Positions 26,391 to 38,737 of a stretch of 64,000 nt of DNA are shown piece by piece; within the stretch, counting starts at the first letter, position 1; each line of letters starts with the position of its first letter. The notes below the pieces were generated by a model that was not told the origin of the DNA, did no database searches, and saw only the letters and a program-made list of their open reading frames with translations. Source of the DNA: Marsupella aquatica (lineage: Eukaryota > Plantae > Marchantiophyta); contig OZ316896.1 of the NCBI GenBank assembly GCA_973895155.1, forward strand, positions 7,387,278 to 7,451,277, in the 5' to 3' direction. Position numbers and translations under genes: made by a program.

Positions 26391-28823
26391 TATAATTGTA
26401 GATTTATAGTTTTGGTAAGTCGGGGCTTGCGGAATCTCCGTCATTCAGTGAGCTTTAACAATGCTTTACTGTACGTACAGAACCTAATACGAATACGAAG
26501 TGCAGAAATGCAGAAAATACGTACGGATACAGCATGATATGGTACGGGTGGCTCGCTGGAGGAGAAGAGAGACACTCGGCGGGACTTTGATGCTCCAGTA
26601 GAAGTCCAGTATCGACGGCGGTGACTGGGCGTAACTGTTTGGGGGAGGGGGAATACAATGTGGCCGTCGAAATCATAAGCCATCCGTGGGGACGTCGAGC
26701 GACGGCCTGTCGTTTTTGTTGCGCTGCTGTTCATGTAAGTCAATTTGCGCAACACTCACTATTCCCTTAACTCCAGCAAGTTCCAGCAATCAGACACGGA
26801 TCCGGCCAGTTTCTGCTTTGAGATCAATTTGAGTTCCATGAGGAGCGGGGGTAGTTGTAGTGAGTAAAGTAATCGGTCCTGAGCGAGGTCATGCGCATGA
26901 CCAGTACCATTAGTATCATTAGTGGTGGATACGATTACAGTATATTACACCAGTACCCAGTCCCGGATGGAACAGTCTAGTAAGTTGTAGTTGCATTGTT
27001 CCCTTTGTCGTCTTGAGGCGGAGGAGGCATTCAGTCATCAGTCTAACGCGTAAACTTCTTACGCGTATTAGCGTAATTTCTTTATTATATATGCGGAATC
27101 TACCTACTGTTTGCAGGATCTGTACAGAGTGGTTGGTTTTTAATACACAGTGGTAGCTTTGGTTCGTTTGCACCTCTTCAATGTGAATCTCAGGCCAAGA
27201 TCCTTATTCTCGAGTTCAGAATTTCAATAAAGTGATAAAATGGAAAATGTGGGATTCCAGAGATTTTTGCATCTAAGTATTACGAGGGCCCGAAATCTAG
27301 GATGGCTTTGCCGGTTTCTTTGCATGGAAACATCCTTGAAAGAACATAAAATTAAAATACAGCATACAGAAGGGCGGCTTGTCTTGCTGTGTTTCGGAGC
27401 ACACTTCGGTTTTTGCTGCCTGTACAAACTTACGACAACTAAAACGTCGATTTGACAAATATGATACATTCTTTATGATTGAAAGGTTTTCTACTAAGTT
27501 GGTCAAGTCTTCTTCACTTGTGTTGGAGTAACACAGCTTCAGAAGAAATGGATCATTTCTACACTCGGCGAAACATTTAGCAAGGAACAACGATGATCAA
27601 CATTTGGGGTCCAACTACGAACCCACGAGCTTGTATCTCCTTATTGTTGAGGAGGTGCGGAAGGTTGTTGATAAGGTGATAGGTGCCCGGATTATATAGG
27701 TTTGCTTGAGGTTATTCTTCGAATTAAACTTGGCTGACCATAATTTAGGAGTATCAAAAGCAAGAAAAATGTTTTACTTACGTTGCCTCTAGCAAACTTG
27801 AAGAGTTGGATGGAAAATTCGAATGGAAACAGTATCACCTGTTTTAAGTGATGAGAAATGGAGCACCTTATTTGACAATACTCTTATGTTCGAATGCTAA
27901 TTCCTTTTGTAACTCTTTGATCTGTAAGTTTCGGGATCTATCCTAAACACTAGACTTTTGTACTAATTTAAAGTTCCTCATATCACAGATTTCTACAAGG
28001 CTGGTCCTTCAGAATCATCTTCTTGAGCTGCAGTAGCCTAGCTTAACATCTCCCAGCTAGACAGCTGATCTTTCAAAGACAATTAGTTGAATTTCCATTA
28101 TCTTTTGTGGTTTGCTGTATAATATTCTGCATTCTCATTGGCAAAAAATGTCAGACAATACTATATATTGGACATCCTTGTTCATCTGGGCTCTTTGCCA
28201 CTAATCTTACCTGGCATGGGATTATTTATTCATGTTTTGAATATATGTTGATTTGTGCGTACGTGCATCAAGAGAAGATTAGATGCACACTTGTTCTTGT
28301 TGGCGGGCGAAAACCAAATGCGTCGATATGCAAGGTTAGCATAGAAAGCAATCTTCACAAACCTCTGCGTCCAGCTTAACTCTAGCTTAAAAAGTACTTG
28401 ACCACCATAACAAATCTGTGGTAGGCTGCTTCTAAAAGGTTTTGATCTACTAATTTCTGTTTACTGACCCGGGGTTAGACCAATTTGGTGGCAACATTAG
28501 TCTGCCACGCATCAATTGGCCCGCAATTGGCTATCTTTCTCAGAGACACTGCTATGGTGGCTACCATTCTAAACACGTGTAGCGACAAAACTCTTGCTTA
28601 GCAAACTCAGTCTACTGAGAGCTCATTGGTTTTTAAATCTAAAACAACCAAAAGCCCACAAGACTACTGAGAGGTAGTTGGTTTCTAACTCCAAAACGCT
28701 TACTACAGTGCTATTGGGCTTGTTTGCAGTATAATTTAAGGTATTGAGGATTAAGTTCAGAGTTTCAACTAACGGGTGGAGGGCACATATTAGCTGGTTC
28801 CTCCTGAAATGAGGATTGCTTAT

Positions 28824-28824
<1 letters not shown>

Positions 28825-28879
<55 letters not shown>
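28825..28879. repeat. (AG)27 microsatellite upstream of the bHLH gene
   Basis: perfect AG run. Confidence 0.95.
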
Positions 28880-28882
<3 letters not shown>

Positions 28883-29324
28883 TGACTTCATGGTAGGAAT
28901 GTGTACAGTTTCATGACTCCTGTATCAATTGAAAATTGAAAACTTAGAAGAAAACACTTGCAGATGGAAACTAAGAAACTATGGCGACAGCGTTGCATTC
29001 TCCACATTTATCGTCTCGTAGGCCGGTAATGTTGAATGATTCAAATAATCAACGTGGGGGTGACTGATGTTTGTTTGAGCGACAACGCACTACTCTATCC
29101 AGCGAGCAAGGGAAATAATCCACAAAATCGCCGGGGTAATAAAGTTCTTTACCACAGGAACAACTCTGCACATTCTCGCATGTGTGCAACTGTGAATGTA
29201 CAGTCCAGTATAGCACAGGACATTCCTCGGCTCTAGGATGAATGGCTAGATCGCGCACACATGTGATAGACGGCGCAGATGTATCCTGTCGCAGGGCCCA
29301 CCCACCCCTCCCGACCCAACCTGT

Positions 29325-29345
29325 CCCTCAATATAAGGGCCCCCG
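29325..29345 (+). promoter_or_regulatory. candidate TATA box of the bHLH gene
   Basis: CAATATAAGGG followed by a pyrimidine-rich leader ~1.35 kb before the ATG; position only, unverified. Confidence 0.3.
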
Positions 29346-30683
29346 AGTCCTCCTTGGCTTCTCATCAGGCGACCAACTCCACCGCCCTTCAGACTCATCT
29401 CCCTTGACTCGTACATTTTCCCTTGCTACTTACGTTCGTTCGTTCATTGAATCCCCTTCCCCGCAAGGGCTCAGACGAGCATTCCAAGCATAGAATTTTA
29501 CTCCCATCGATGCTGCTTTGAACCAGCTCCTCGGGGCTACCGTAGGAACGAGCTTTGATAGATTAGCATTGTTGTGCTTGGCCTGGTTAGCTTGGCTGTC
29601 TTGTCAGTTTTCACTTCCTCTCGGAAATCTAAACAGGGAAGCGAGAGCTAGGTCTGCTAGGGCAGAAGTAATCTAGTTGCCTGGGGCAAAAAGCAGTTAT
29701 AAGGTTGGAAGTAGTGAAGTTGCACGCAGGCAGGCGAGCAAGTAGACGAGTGAGGATTGCATTGTGCAAAGAGAAGAGGAGCTAGGTATTTTCACACGGG
29801 TTAGATTGTGAAGGGATCGAGAGAACGAGGAAGCGGGGAAAACGCGATCGGAGTCTAACAGGCGCTTGAGGAATTGGAGAGATCGAGAGTGGAGGGAGAG
29901 GATGAATTGTTAATCAGGGCCGCACAATTGTTTTCTCAAGGTTAAGCTAGTAAGCTTTGCAAGACTCGGACTGTGCAAGCGAAAGCAAGGGTTTATTGTG
30001 TTCGTGGGAAGCAGCCTTTGTAGAATCAGAAGCCATAGGATACTGCTGCGAACCGTGGGGGAAAGTTCTTGATGGTATCCTGCGACAAGTAATTTCTAGT
30101 CGTAGTTTTGGGGATAGACGATTAATCTGGGACGGAAAGCATTTGCGTCATTGAGCCGACGACAGAAGAGGAGTATATCAGGAGAAGCAGATTATCCCTA
30201 GGGTGACGTTCGAATCTTGCAATTGGTTTCTGTCTTGACATACTGCAGTTTAGCCTACAGAGAGCCTATCTGTGCCTCACTTACAATTGTTAAAACCGAG
30301 ATAGAGAGCACATAATAATATATATACAGAAAGAGCTTTGGAATCGGATTACTTTGAACTTAACCAGAACTGGGAGCTCTTCGATACTGTCGTCGAACTT
30401 CGTTTTATCTCTAGGGCGAAGTTATTTTCCATGCATTGTATTTTTTAGTGACTGAGCCTAAGCGAGAGTCTCAGCAGTCACTGGTGCCGCGAACATTTGT
30501 TCAATACAACTTGGACAACGCGGAGAGCTGTCAATTGACCCAGTTTTGTAGGGTTGTTGGTAGTAGGTCGACTTCGTTCGTCGTCGGAAAGACTTCCTCG
30601 AGCAGCCCATATATACCTATCGGGTCAATCGGTCCTGCTAGGCTGTGGAGTTCTGCTGTGCTCATCGGGGTCGTGTCGGAGTC

Positions 30684-32300
30684 ATGGCCCTCTCCGAACC
30701 CGCAGCGCCTCCTTTCCACGACGCCATGAAGATGCATTTGTCTTCGTCAGGATTTCACCAAGATGACTTGTGGACAGCCTGCGGGGGTTACGCTGGGGAG
30801 AGTGGGCTCTTGAACTCAGATGACGAGCTCAGAAACTTGGTGTCAATGGTCAGTTCTCTGCAAGACAATCATCAAAATCGGCAACAAGAGGTCTTTTCTT
30901 CCGGGCTACATCGAAATGCCTCGTTTGATTCTGGGAGCACCTCGCACGATTCGTGCACAGCATCCTTCTCGACCGGTTCTCCAGTCACTGTGCTTCCTCC
31001 TCTGCCATACTCCTCTTGTGATGAAGGAAAGGAGCAGGATTCCTCCTACATGCAATACGTGAACTCCGGGCTGTGGACGGCTCACGACCGAGCGTCCTCC
31101 GATTGTGGTCAAATACTGCCTTCGCCGGGCGGCGAAAACTTTTCGTCGTTGCTCCTCAACGAATTGCCTCTGAGATCCTACAGTGACGGCGTCCATCGCA
31201 TTGGTGGCAATAAAGATTATCTAGAATGTGTAGTTCCGGCTTCCATTTCATCTCATCCTAGCTACCAGACGTCGGACAACTCGGGATCTACAATGGAGTC
31301 CAGCCTTACTGGCATAACAAACAACTCTAGTTTTTGCAATAAAATTCTGGTCGGACATGAACATGATAGCTCCGAGCACAATAGCAACTACTGTTCAAAT
31401 CCTCCGCGAGTAACTGCAACCACCGTACATGGTGAATCAGAGCTCTCTCCGACAGGACAACACCGCCGTCTGAGCTGGACAGATCACCACTGGCCGGTGA
31501 ACTCAACTTCCAGCCGGATGACTGTACCGCTTAACAACTTCCAATTCTTGACTGGTGCCCAGAGTTTGCAGCCGCTCCCACAGCAAATTGTCAATGGCTT
31601 CAAGAGCAGCAGTATGTCTCAGAACGCAGCACCCAACTTTCAGGATGCAGATTATTTGGCAACCTGTAATCACTATCGCAAGACTCAGCTCCGAGACTCA
31701 AACAATATCGGTGGAACAGCCACAACGAACACCTTCAAGCGGTCTTACGAAGCGATGCAATCGACTGCCGGCAGCAATAATTCATCATCGTCTCAAGCTG
31801 TTCCTGCTGTTTCACAGTCTCTTGACAAGCTGGCGTCTGCTAGCAACCAGCAGCAAGAAGCAGCAGCACTAAGTGCGTTGCTCTACAAGAATAATCACGG
31901 AAGGGACTTGATTAAGAAGCTCAGAGCGGGATCGAATTGCATCGCCGGGCCCGGATCAGTTTTAGGGGCTACTAGTGGGGACTCAACGACCTTGCAGCCA
32001 CCTCCAAAGATGCGCAGACGGCACGGCACGGCCACTGACCCACAAAGTATTGCGGCACGTACGCGGAGGGAGAGGTTCAGTGATCGCATCAAGCTGCTTC
32101 AGTGTCTCGTTCCTAATGGAGAGCGGCTCGACACTGTTTCCATGCTCGGGCACACACTGGAATATGTGCGCTTTCTCCAACATCAGGTGTGGCAGCTCTA
32201 CAACGGCAGCGACGACGCTTCCATCCCTCAGCCTGACTCAGAGTCTCAAGAAAAGTGGAAAGAGTTCATGGATACTACGCAAACAATAGCATTATCTTGA
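30684..32300 (+). CDS. bHLH transcription factor, subfamily VIII (RSL/RHD6-like, divergent), single coding exon
   Basis: uninterrupted ORF (first ATG 30684, alternative 30726); S/N/Q-rich N-terminus; C-terminal RRRHGTATDPQSIAARTRRERFSDRIKLLQCLVPNGERLDTVSMLGHTLEYVRFLQHQV with the DPQS.AAR..RER and LVPNG signatures. Confidence 0.93.
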   Translation: MALSEPAAPPFHDAMKMHLSSSGFHQDDLWTACGGYAGESGLLNSDDELRNLVSMVSSLQDNHQNRQQEVFSSGLHRNASFDSGSTSHDSCTASFSTGSPVTVLPPLPYSSCDEGKEQDSSYMQYVNSGLWTAHDRASSDCGQILPSPGGENFSSLLLNELPLRSYSDGVHRIGGNKDYLECVVPASISSHPSYQTSDNSGSTMESSLTGITNNSSFCNKILVGHEHDSSEHNSNYCSNPPRVTATTVHGESELSPTGQHRRLSWTDHHWPVNSTSSRMTVPLNNFQFLTGAQSLQPLPQQIVNGFKSSSMSQNAAPNFQDADYLATCNHYRKTQLRDSNNIGGTATTNTFKRSYEAMQSTAGSNNSSSSQAVPAVSQSLDKLASASNQQQEAAALSALLYKNNHGRDLIKKLRAGSNCIAGPGSVLGATSGDSTTLQPPPKMRRRHGTATDPQSIAARTRRERFSDRIKLLQCLVPNGERLDTVSMLGHTLEYVRFLQHQVWQLYNGSDDASIPQPDSESQEKWKEFMDTTQTIALS

Positions 32301-33690
32301 GTACCGTAAATCGAAGTTAGTTCTCACATCTGGTTCTCGGTCCACAAATCTTGCAATTGGCTTAGACCTGGTACCATTTGAAAATTTTCCTGGAGCACTG
32401 TCTCGTCTTAATTTCGGTGATAGATCGGGAAAAGTAGTGAGTGCACTATATGGAGATGCAAGCAACATTAACTTCACAGACACCTCTTCAGGCTGAAGAT
32501 GATACCAAAGGAGCGTCTTCAGGCTGAAGAGATTTCTACGGTTCAACCCACGCGGTTGGTTCTGGCCAACAAACATACTGGCGGCCTGGCTCGGATATTG
32601 AGTCGCCAGTTAAGTTGCCAGCCGCGATTTTTTCGACTTATATAGAAACCTCGTTGATTTGATGCAGAGGTGTACAGACTCCAGAAGAGAGGAGAACACG
32701 CTAATTAAGTGACGGATGCAAGCCATCAAGGTTCACCCGTCCAGAACGATAGACTTAATTCTACGCAATGCTCGTGCACGCGCATGCAGGGAGCGCTCGC
32801 ACTTGCAGGGGTCCACCATCGTTGATAGCCATTGGAATTCGCCCTGCTCAGAAGCGGTCGACTGCTTGAGCTCTCCAACATAGTGACATCGATCAATGTT
32901 CGAAGAGGACGTCTAGAGTCTGAGCTTCTGTGCAGGGCGATGGTGGACCATGCTAAGTGCTTGACAATCCGTTCCCCGCTAGTCTTGGGGTTCAGTAGGC
33001 TCAATGTAAATCCAAGCGTAATCATTGTCATCTGAATGAGTTGACAGCCTCCGTGCACGCAGCCAGATTGATTGTAAATATGTCCAAACCAGGTCAGCCC
33101 GTCCAATGAGGAACAGCCTTGTGAGCGATGGAAGCCATCTGATCTCTCAAACATACACGTACACAGGTGTCTCACTTGAACGCAGGTCTTTCATTTAGTA
33201 TTTGGCCTGCAACCCTGTTGGTATATTTCAGGAGGCTTCAAGCTAGCCAGCTAGGGAAAGGTCAGTGGAACTTGAAGTGTACGGTCGATACGAGCAATGC
33301 TAGACGATTTGACTATAGAATTATCCTGTTCTCGATCGCTGGACACGCTTGATCCGTTTATGAATGGTGGAGTTCTTTCCTTTGCGCATGCTGAAATGGT
33401 TTCTTCTCTGATCCCTCGACGCACTAAGATTGACTTATGTTCTCAATTCGGCTTTGAAAAGTTGATTTGCATCGAATGTGTAAAGTAGATAGCTAGTGGC
33501 GACCGCAGATCCTTACCTGTCAGTGATTTATTCAGCATGATCAGTTCGGAACAACTTTAGAACGATCACTTGTTTGACTATTGTTGTGTTCGGGCCCCCT
33601 GGTTTGAGGGCACAAGGAAGATGAGCGCCCCTTGAGAGCACCGGACATGATGAAAGTCTCCGGTTGAAAGCTGTCCTCTAGAACTGATTC

Positions 33691-33796
33691 CATTTCAGTC
33701 TTTGATTTGGGGATTGTGGGCTGCTCTCTTTCTGGAACGTCAGCATTTCAGTCTTTGATTTGGGGATTGTGGGCTGCTCTCTTTCTGGAACGTCAG
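33691..33796. repeat. 53-bp perfect tandem duplication
   Basis: CATTTCAGTCTTTGATTTGGGGATTGTGGGCTGCTCTCTTTCTGGAACGTCAG x2. Confidence 0.95.
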
Positions 33797-35569
33797 TCTT
33801 TGCGTACAGTCCATGAACTTCTCATTTTGAAAGATAGACGGTCTCGAAGTGTCTCCGAATTTCCCGACAAGGATCGAGCAATGATTTGAAGTGACGGATT
33901 TAAGCCATCAAAGCACTGTTTCCGTACCGCCAGAGCCTCTTCGGTAGCGCAGATCTTGACAAGGGCAAGTACGTATGGTGAGTTCGGCCAACTAACCAAT
34001 TGGCAAGTTCGACAATGTTTGCCGTTTGAGCTAGCTCGCTTACCTCTTGAACTAATGAACCCTGTACACTTTTATTGCAGGCAGTGCTCCTTCATTGTTC
34101 ACTCTCGTGTCTGTACTGTATACTAATTAATGAATTGTATCGCTAAGACGTTGCTTACTTCTACAGTTTGTAGAGTTGAACCAGCTTTCCACTCAAATAT
34201 ATGATAGTATAGATGGGATCGGAGCTCTTACGATTACTTCGTCGGGCTTTTTGTATCTACCACATAGTTACCGTCGTGCAGAACCAGGCAGGAGCTTATT
34301 TACTCGTTTGTATCTGTATACGGTCCAGCATATATGGGAGAGTCTCTGCTTGCAGCAGGCTTCCAACTTTCAAGATTGTCGTGGCAGCGCCGCCATGGTT
34401 GAGTCACAGTCCAGACCTTCCGTATGAGCTAGATTTTTGAAACAGGAGATCGATCTCAAAACCGACCAATCGCAGTTGTTGAATGAATTTCATGGATAGA
34501 TCGTCACGTCTTGCTCGATCGATCCATCTGGATTGCAGCCCAGTTATACGTAAAAACGTTGTTGTATAGAAGCGATTCATAGATATCTTGAGCTTGAACT
34601 CGTACTCTTCCGTAATTCCATCAACGCCATCAATAACCTGCACAAATTGCTCTGCATTCATCGTCAACTTTCTGGCCCGGTTTGATCGGCAGATTAGCTA
34701 TGCATTGTGGTGATGTAGATAACTTTCTCCGCCTTACAAACGTTAACTTGAATCTGTAACTACTAGCCCCACTGCATTTTCGACAGATTGTCACTGAATG
34801 ACAATCGCTGCTCTCTCATAGCAAGCACTTAATGAAGGTGGCTATTGTATCTGGCTAGCCAGGCAGGTATCCAGTAGTACTCGTTTCACATTGAAAACAA
34901 TCATGTCTAATAATAAAAGTAAGGGTCACTGTTGGGGTTGTTCGGGTGGGGAGAGACTACTATGTGTTCTTCCCCATTTCCGTTTCGCCATTTCTGTTCA
35001 AGACAAAAAAAAAAGAGCAGAATATTTTTGCGAGTTTGAGTATTACTGTCATCTCGTCAATTGGTTCATAGCAAGCGACGGTTAATCGTTTAGGGCTCAA
35101 AATAATTAAGAGTAGTTCATAGTTGGTAAATAAATGTAGATCTAAAATCCATCTAACAATAGTTCATATTTGTAAGAAATCACAGAAAAGCTTTTCTATG
35201 GTATGAGAGTACGAACCCTGTTATTAGAAGGGGATTTGACCACCTGTTGCTTCACTCACTCTAGATACGACGTTCCCCCTCGTGGTGAAAGCTTGAAGTT
35301 AAGCACTTGATTTGCTAAGTAGTATCCTACAGAGGCTAGGATTTCTGTGAAATACATAGGTAAAATTCAGTACAGTAGGTATATCTTGACCTAGATGTTG
35401 CACTACAGAATCCCAAGCTCTTTGGGTGGATCGTGTTTCGCTTGCAAGGCAAAAGAAGAAGTCCAAACTCTTGCTCAGCTAAATATTAAGCCATGTTCCG
35501 GGTTCCGTTGTGCATACCTCGGGGGACCATTCATTGGGCAATGCGCAATAGTAGGAGGTTACATCACCT

Positions 35570-35669
35570 AGTAGGTTCTTCTTTCACCTACTGCCCAGTC
35601 AAGTGAGATCGAAGATCTAGTAGGTGAAAGAAGAACCTACTGCCCATTCAAGTGAGATCGAAGATCTAG
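35570..35669. repeat. 49-bp tandem duplication with an internal micro-inversion
   Basis: 35570-35592 is the exact reverse complement of 35619-35641; each is followed by GCCCA(G/T)TCAAGTGAGATCGAAGATCT. Confidence 0.9.
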
Positions 35670-38600
35670 AAGTAGATCGCGTTACAGTACATAGCATACG
35701 AGACCATGGTCTTTGATCGTTTTTCATTATTTTAAGGTTAGAAGCATACAAATTTGTGGGCCATTTTTGGATCCTTTCCTGGTTTCATCCTAGCGTAACA
35801 GCAGGGTGATTTGGAAGTGTCTAATAAGCTCTGGGGGATATGATACCCCGTATGATACTCGTTAGGACGGTGCCACCGTCCAGTCGAAAACCAGTACTAG
35901 GCGTGAACAAGCTGTACACGAGCCTGATTCCCGTCCTTTGGACATCAATAATCTGAGCAAAGATTCTCATTTCCTACCCCACCCTGGCACTTCATTCTAG
36001 ACCGTAACCCTTACTCTAGCAGTCTAGCTTCACTGTGTTTTAAAACTGCCTAAAAACTGCATCTAAAGATGATGCAACATGACAAAAATTAATCGTAAAT
36101 GGCCGGATAATTAACAAGCCCCTAAAACAAGAGGCTACATAAAAGACCCTCTAATCACACATCAAAATGTGGTCATATATGGAGTCTCTCATTAATGCTA
36201 AAGTACATTTTCCGTAGAGGTTGACGCACGATTTAGCTCTTCCAGATTTGTTTAGAATATTTTGGGTAATTCTAGAATGAGATTAATCACCCTCCATAAT
36301 TGATTAACATGCATTCGGGTAAGATACATTCCAAGACAGAGAATGTTTACAGCGTGGGCCACACTGGATCCTTAATGGAATCGTTTTCATCTTTCACGAA
36401 GCGTTCTAAAGAGCTTTGAGAAGCGTCAATCTTGTTCAAAGGATTTGTCGGAAGAATTTTGCGAACCAAGACAAATTATTTCCGGCGAACAACGATTGGA
36501 GGAGTGCTTTGCTGACGGCAGCTTTCTCCCTCGTGAGAATATGCCTACAGTAAAAGATTTGAAATGAACTCGGAATATGAACTCTACAGAGAAATTTCAA
36601 TAATCCTGCGGGAGACGAGAGTTACTGCGTTACGTGACCTCATTTAGAAGGGAATCAGAATGTACGTCTGGGAGAATCCGGCGATCAGAATTGGGGTGAC
36701 GATGCAGAGGGCACAGCGATTTGAGTTACGTTACTGATTCGCAATGTCCGTTTGCTAGTTTTGATCCGTAGAGATTACCTCTGTGTTAGTGCACAGTGGG
36801 TTCCGGTTGAAGAAGTGAGAACTGAAAGCTTCTATATAGAGTTGAAGAAAATTAAAGCTTTCATGTCATCCTCGTTTGCTTGGGGCATGACTTTATTCTG
36901 CAGTACCGTTAATTGTAACCTGTAGCTGAAGCCTGCGCAATAACGACGCAAGGTGTAATTGAGATCCTCCGGGACACCCTAGCCGGTACCCTAGCTCTTG
37001 AGCGATCAAATGGGCTCAACGGTACGTAGCGACGGATTTTTACTTCATCCATGCACGGACCAAAGACTCTCAAGATGAGTTGAGGGCTCGGCTCCATATT
37101 TGAATTGTGTTGAGATTACGTACTAACCGCCTACAGTAGCTGTATCGATCCATCAATGTTTAAGGCTATTGATCGATCTGTAGCAAAACCGGTTTCTAAG
37201 GGATGTCTGCAGCATTCACCGCCAGCTCGAGTAAGTTCCGCGACCGAATGATGTATCCAGTACTAAGTCCCAGACCTTCATTACATTGTTCGCCAGCAGG
37301 CCTAACTGATGGAGGCAGCTAGAGATTTCAGTTTGCGGGATCGAAGTTTTTTACTTGGTTTCGAACGTTGGGCCATCCAACAACATAGCCACAAGCAGAG
37401 CTACCAATCTCGCAGGCTACTAATGAAGCAATCCATCGCTGAACTTGTTACCATGCTGGAATCAGTACCCAGCTTGAAGTAGTCATTAGGACCGAACTAA
37501 GGTATGAAACCCCAAGAATAATTAATCTTGATATCATGGCAATATATTAAAACCCATTTGGTGATCTTGAGATATCAGATAAATAGACAATTTTGCTTCT
37601 AACGTTGGAACTGGCCTGTAAGCTTAGAGCTATATATGGAGTACCTGCCTTCCATACATATCTTCTTTGAAAATCAGATACGGACTCATTCGCTTCTTCA
37701 AAATTATGTAGACCTCTGTTCCTGTTTTTGTACTAATTTTTGGTTCAAGCTAATTTGTGCTCAACCCTTTGTTTAAAGCTAGTGAACAAGTCCGCAAAGC
37801 TCCAAGTCTAGCCAATAGTCTGATTTTCGAAACAGTTTTCTCGTGTTGTACTCGTTTTTAGAGAATCGAAAGTAGTACTTTCCAGACAAGGTTTTATGTA
37901 ATCATGTTCATACGCACCGTCATAGTGAAATCCAAACTCAACTAAAGCTCTATTCTTAAAACCTGTCGTCTACTCATGGCTAAGTCAACTTGTCACTGAG
38001 TGCGTGAGGTAATCGATACATCAGTGGATTCAAGGCGATTGTCCAGCGAAGTTTTGATTTTATGTATCCAGGCGAACTCATAAGATTCTTTTGCAGTAGA
38101 TTTGGTGCACGGTGCCAACGCGTACTGATCGAGAGACAAATGCTACCAGCCTACCAGCCTACCACAGCAATGGTGTTCTTTGGAATGATCATTTTTGATC
38201 GCTCGATTGTTAACATATACTCTGCATGAATAAACCATGGGTATCAGAGTTGTGACGGTTCAACGGGCATCAACGAGTTTGCACGTTCCTTCCCCTCCAT
38301 TCGTAGTACACGGTTTGTACGTCTAGCCAATCGTACCTTGTATGCGTTCCCTTTTAATAATCTCAATGTATTTAATTAATTCACGGAGCTGACCATGGCT
38401 ATTTGGCATGGATACGTACAGTCTATTGTTCCGAAGTTTTATTTGTGAAAATCTGGACTCTTATATGACTTTTCGGTAGCATCGCTTAAGACGGCTCATC
38501 TACGAGATTCTACGAATTGAACCGGGCTGGGGTTGAATGTTCAAAAGGAGAACACGATCTCAATGGAGAAAGAGCTGGATCAATTTCATTTACTGCCAAC

Positions 38601-38689
38601 ATCCATAGTTTTCGAATCCTGGAGCGCCTTGTCGTATTATTCAACGTATGCTGGTCGAACCAGACGTTTCCATCGAAGGGTCACTCGCT

Positions 38690-38737
38690 CAGGCATCAAA
38701 ACCCTGTTGTCTGCAGGCATCAAAACCCTGTTGTCTG
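38690..38737. repeat. 24-bp tandem duplication
   Basis: CAGGCATCAAAACCCTGTTGTCTG x2. Confidence 0.95.

Noticed and set aside
30436-32289. Overlapping alternative-frame and antisense ORFs in the bHLH gene
   Set aside because: Shadow ORFs with no independent coding signal.
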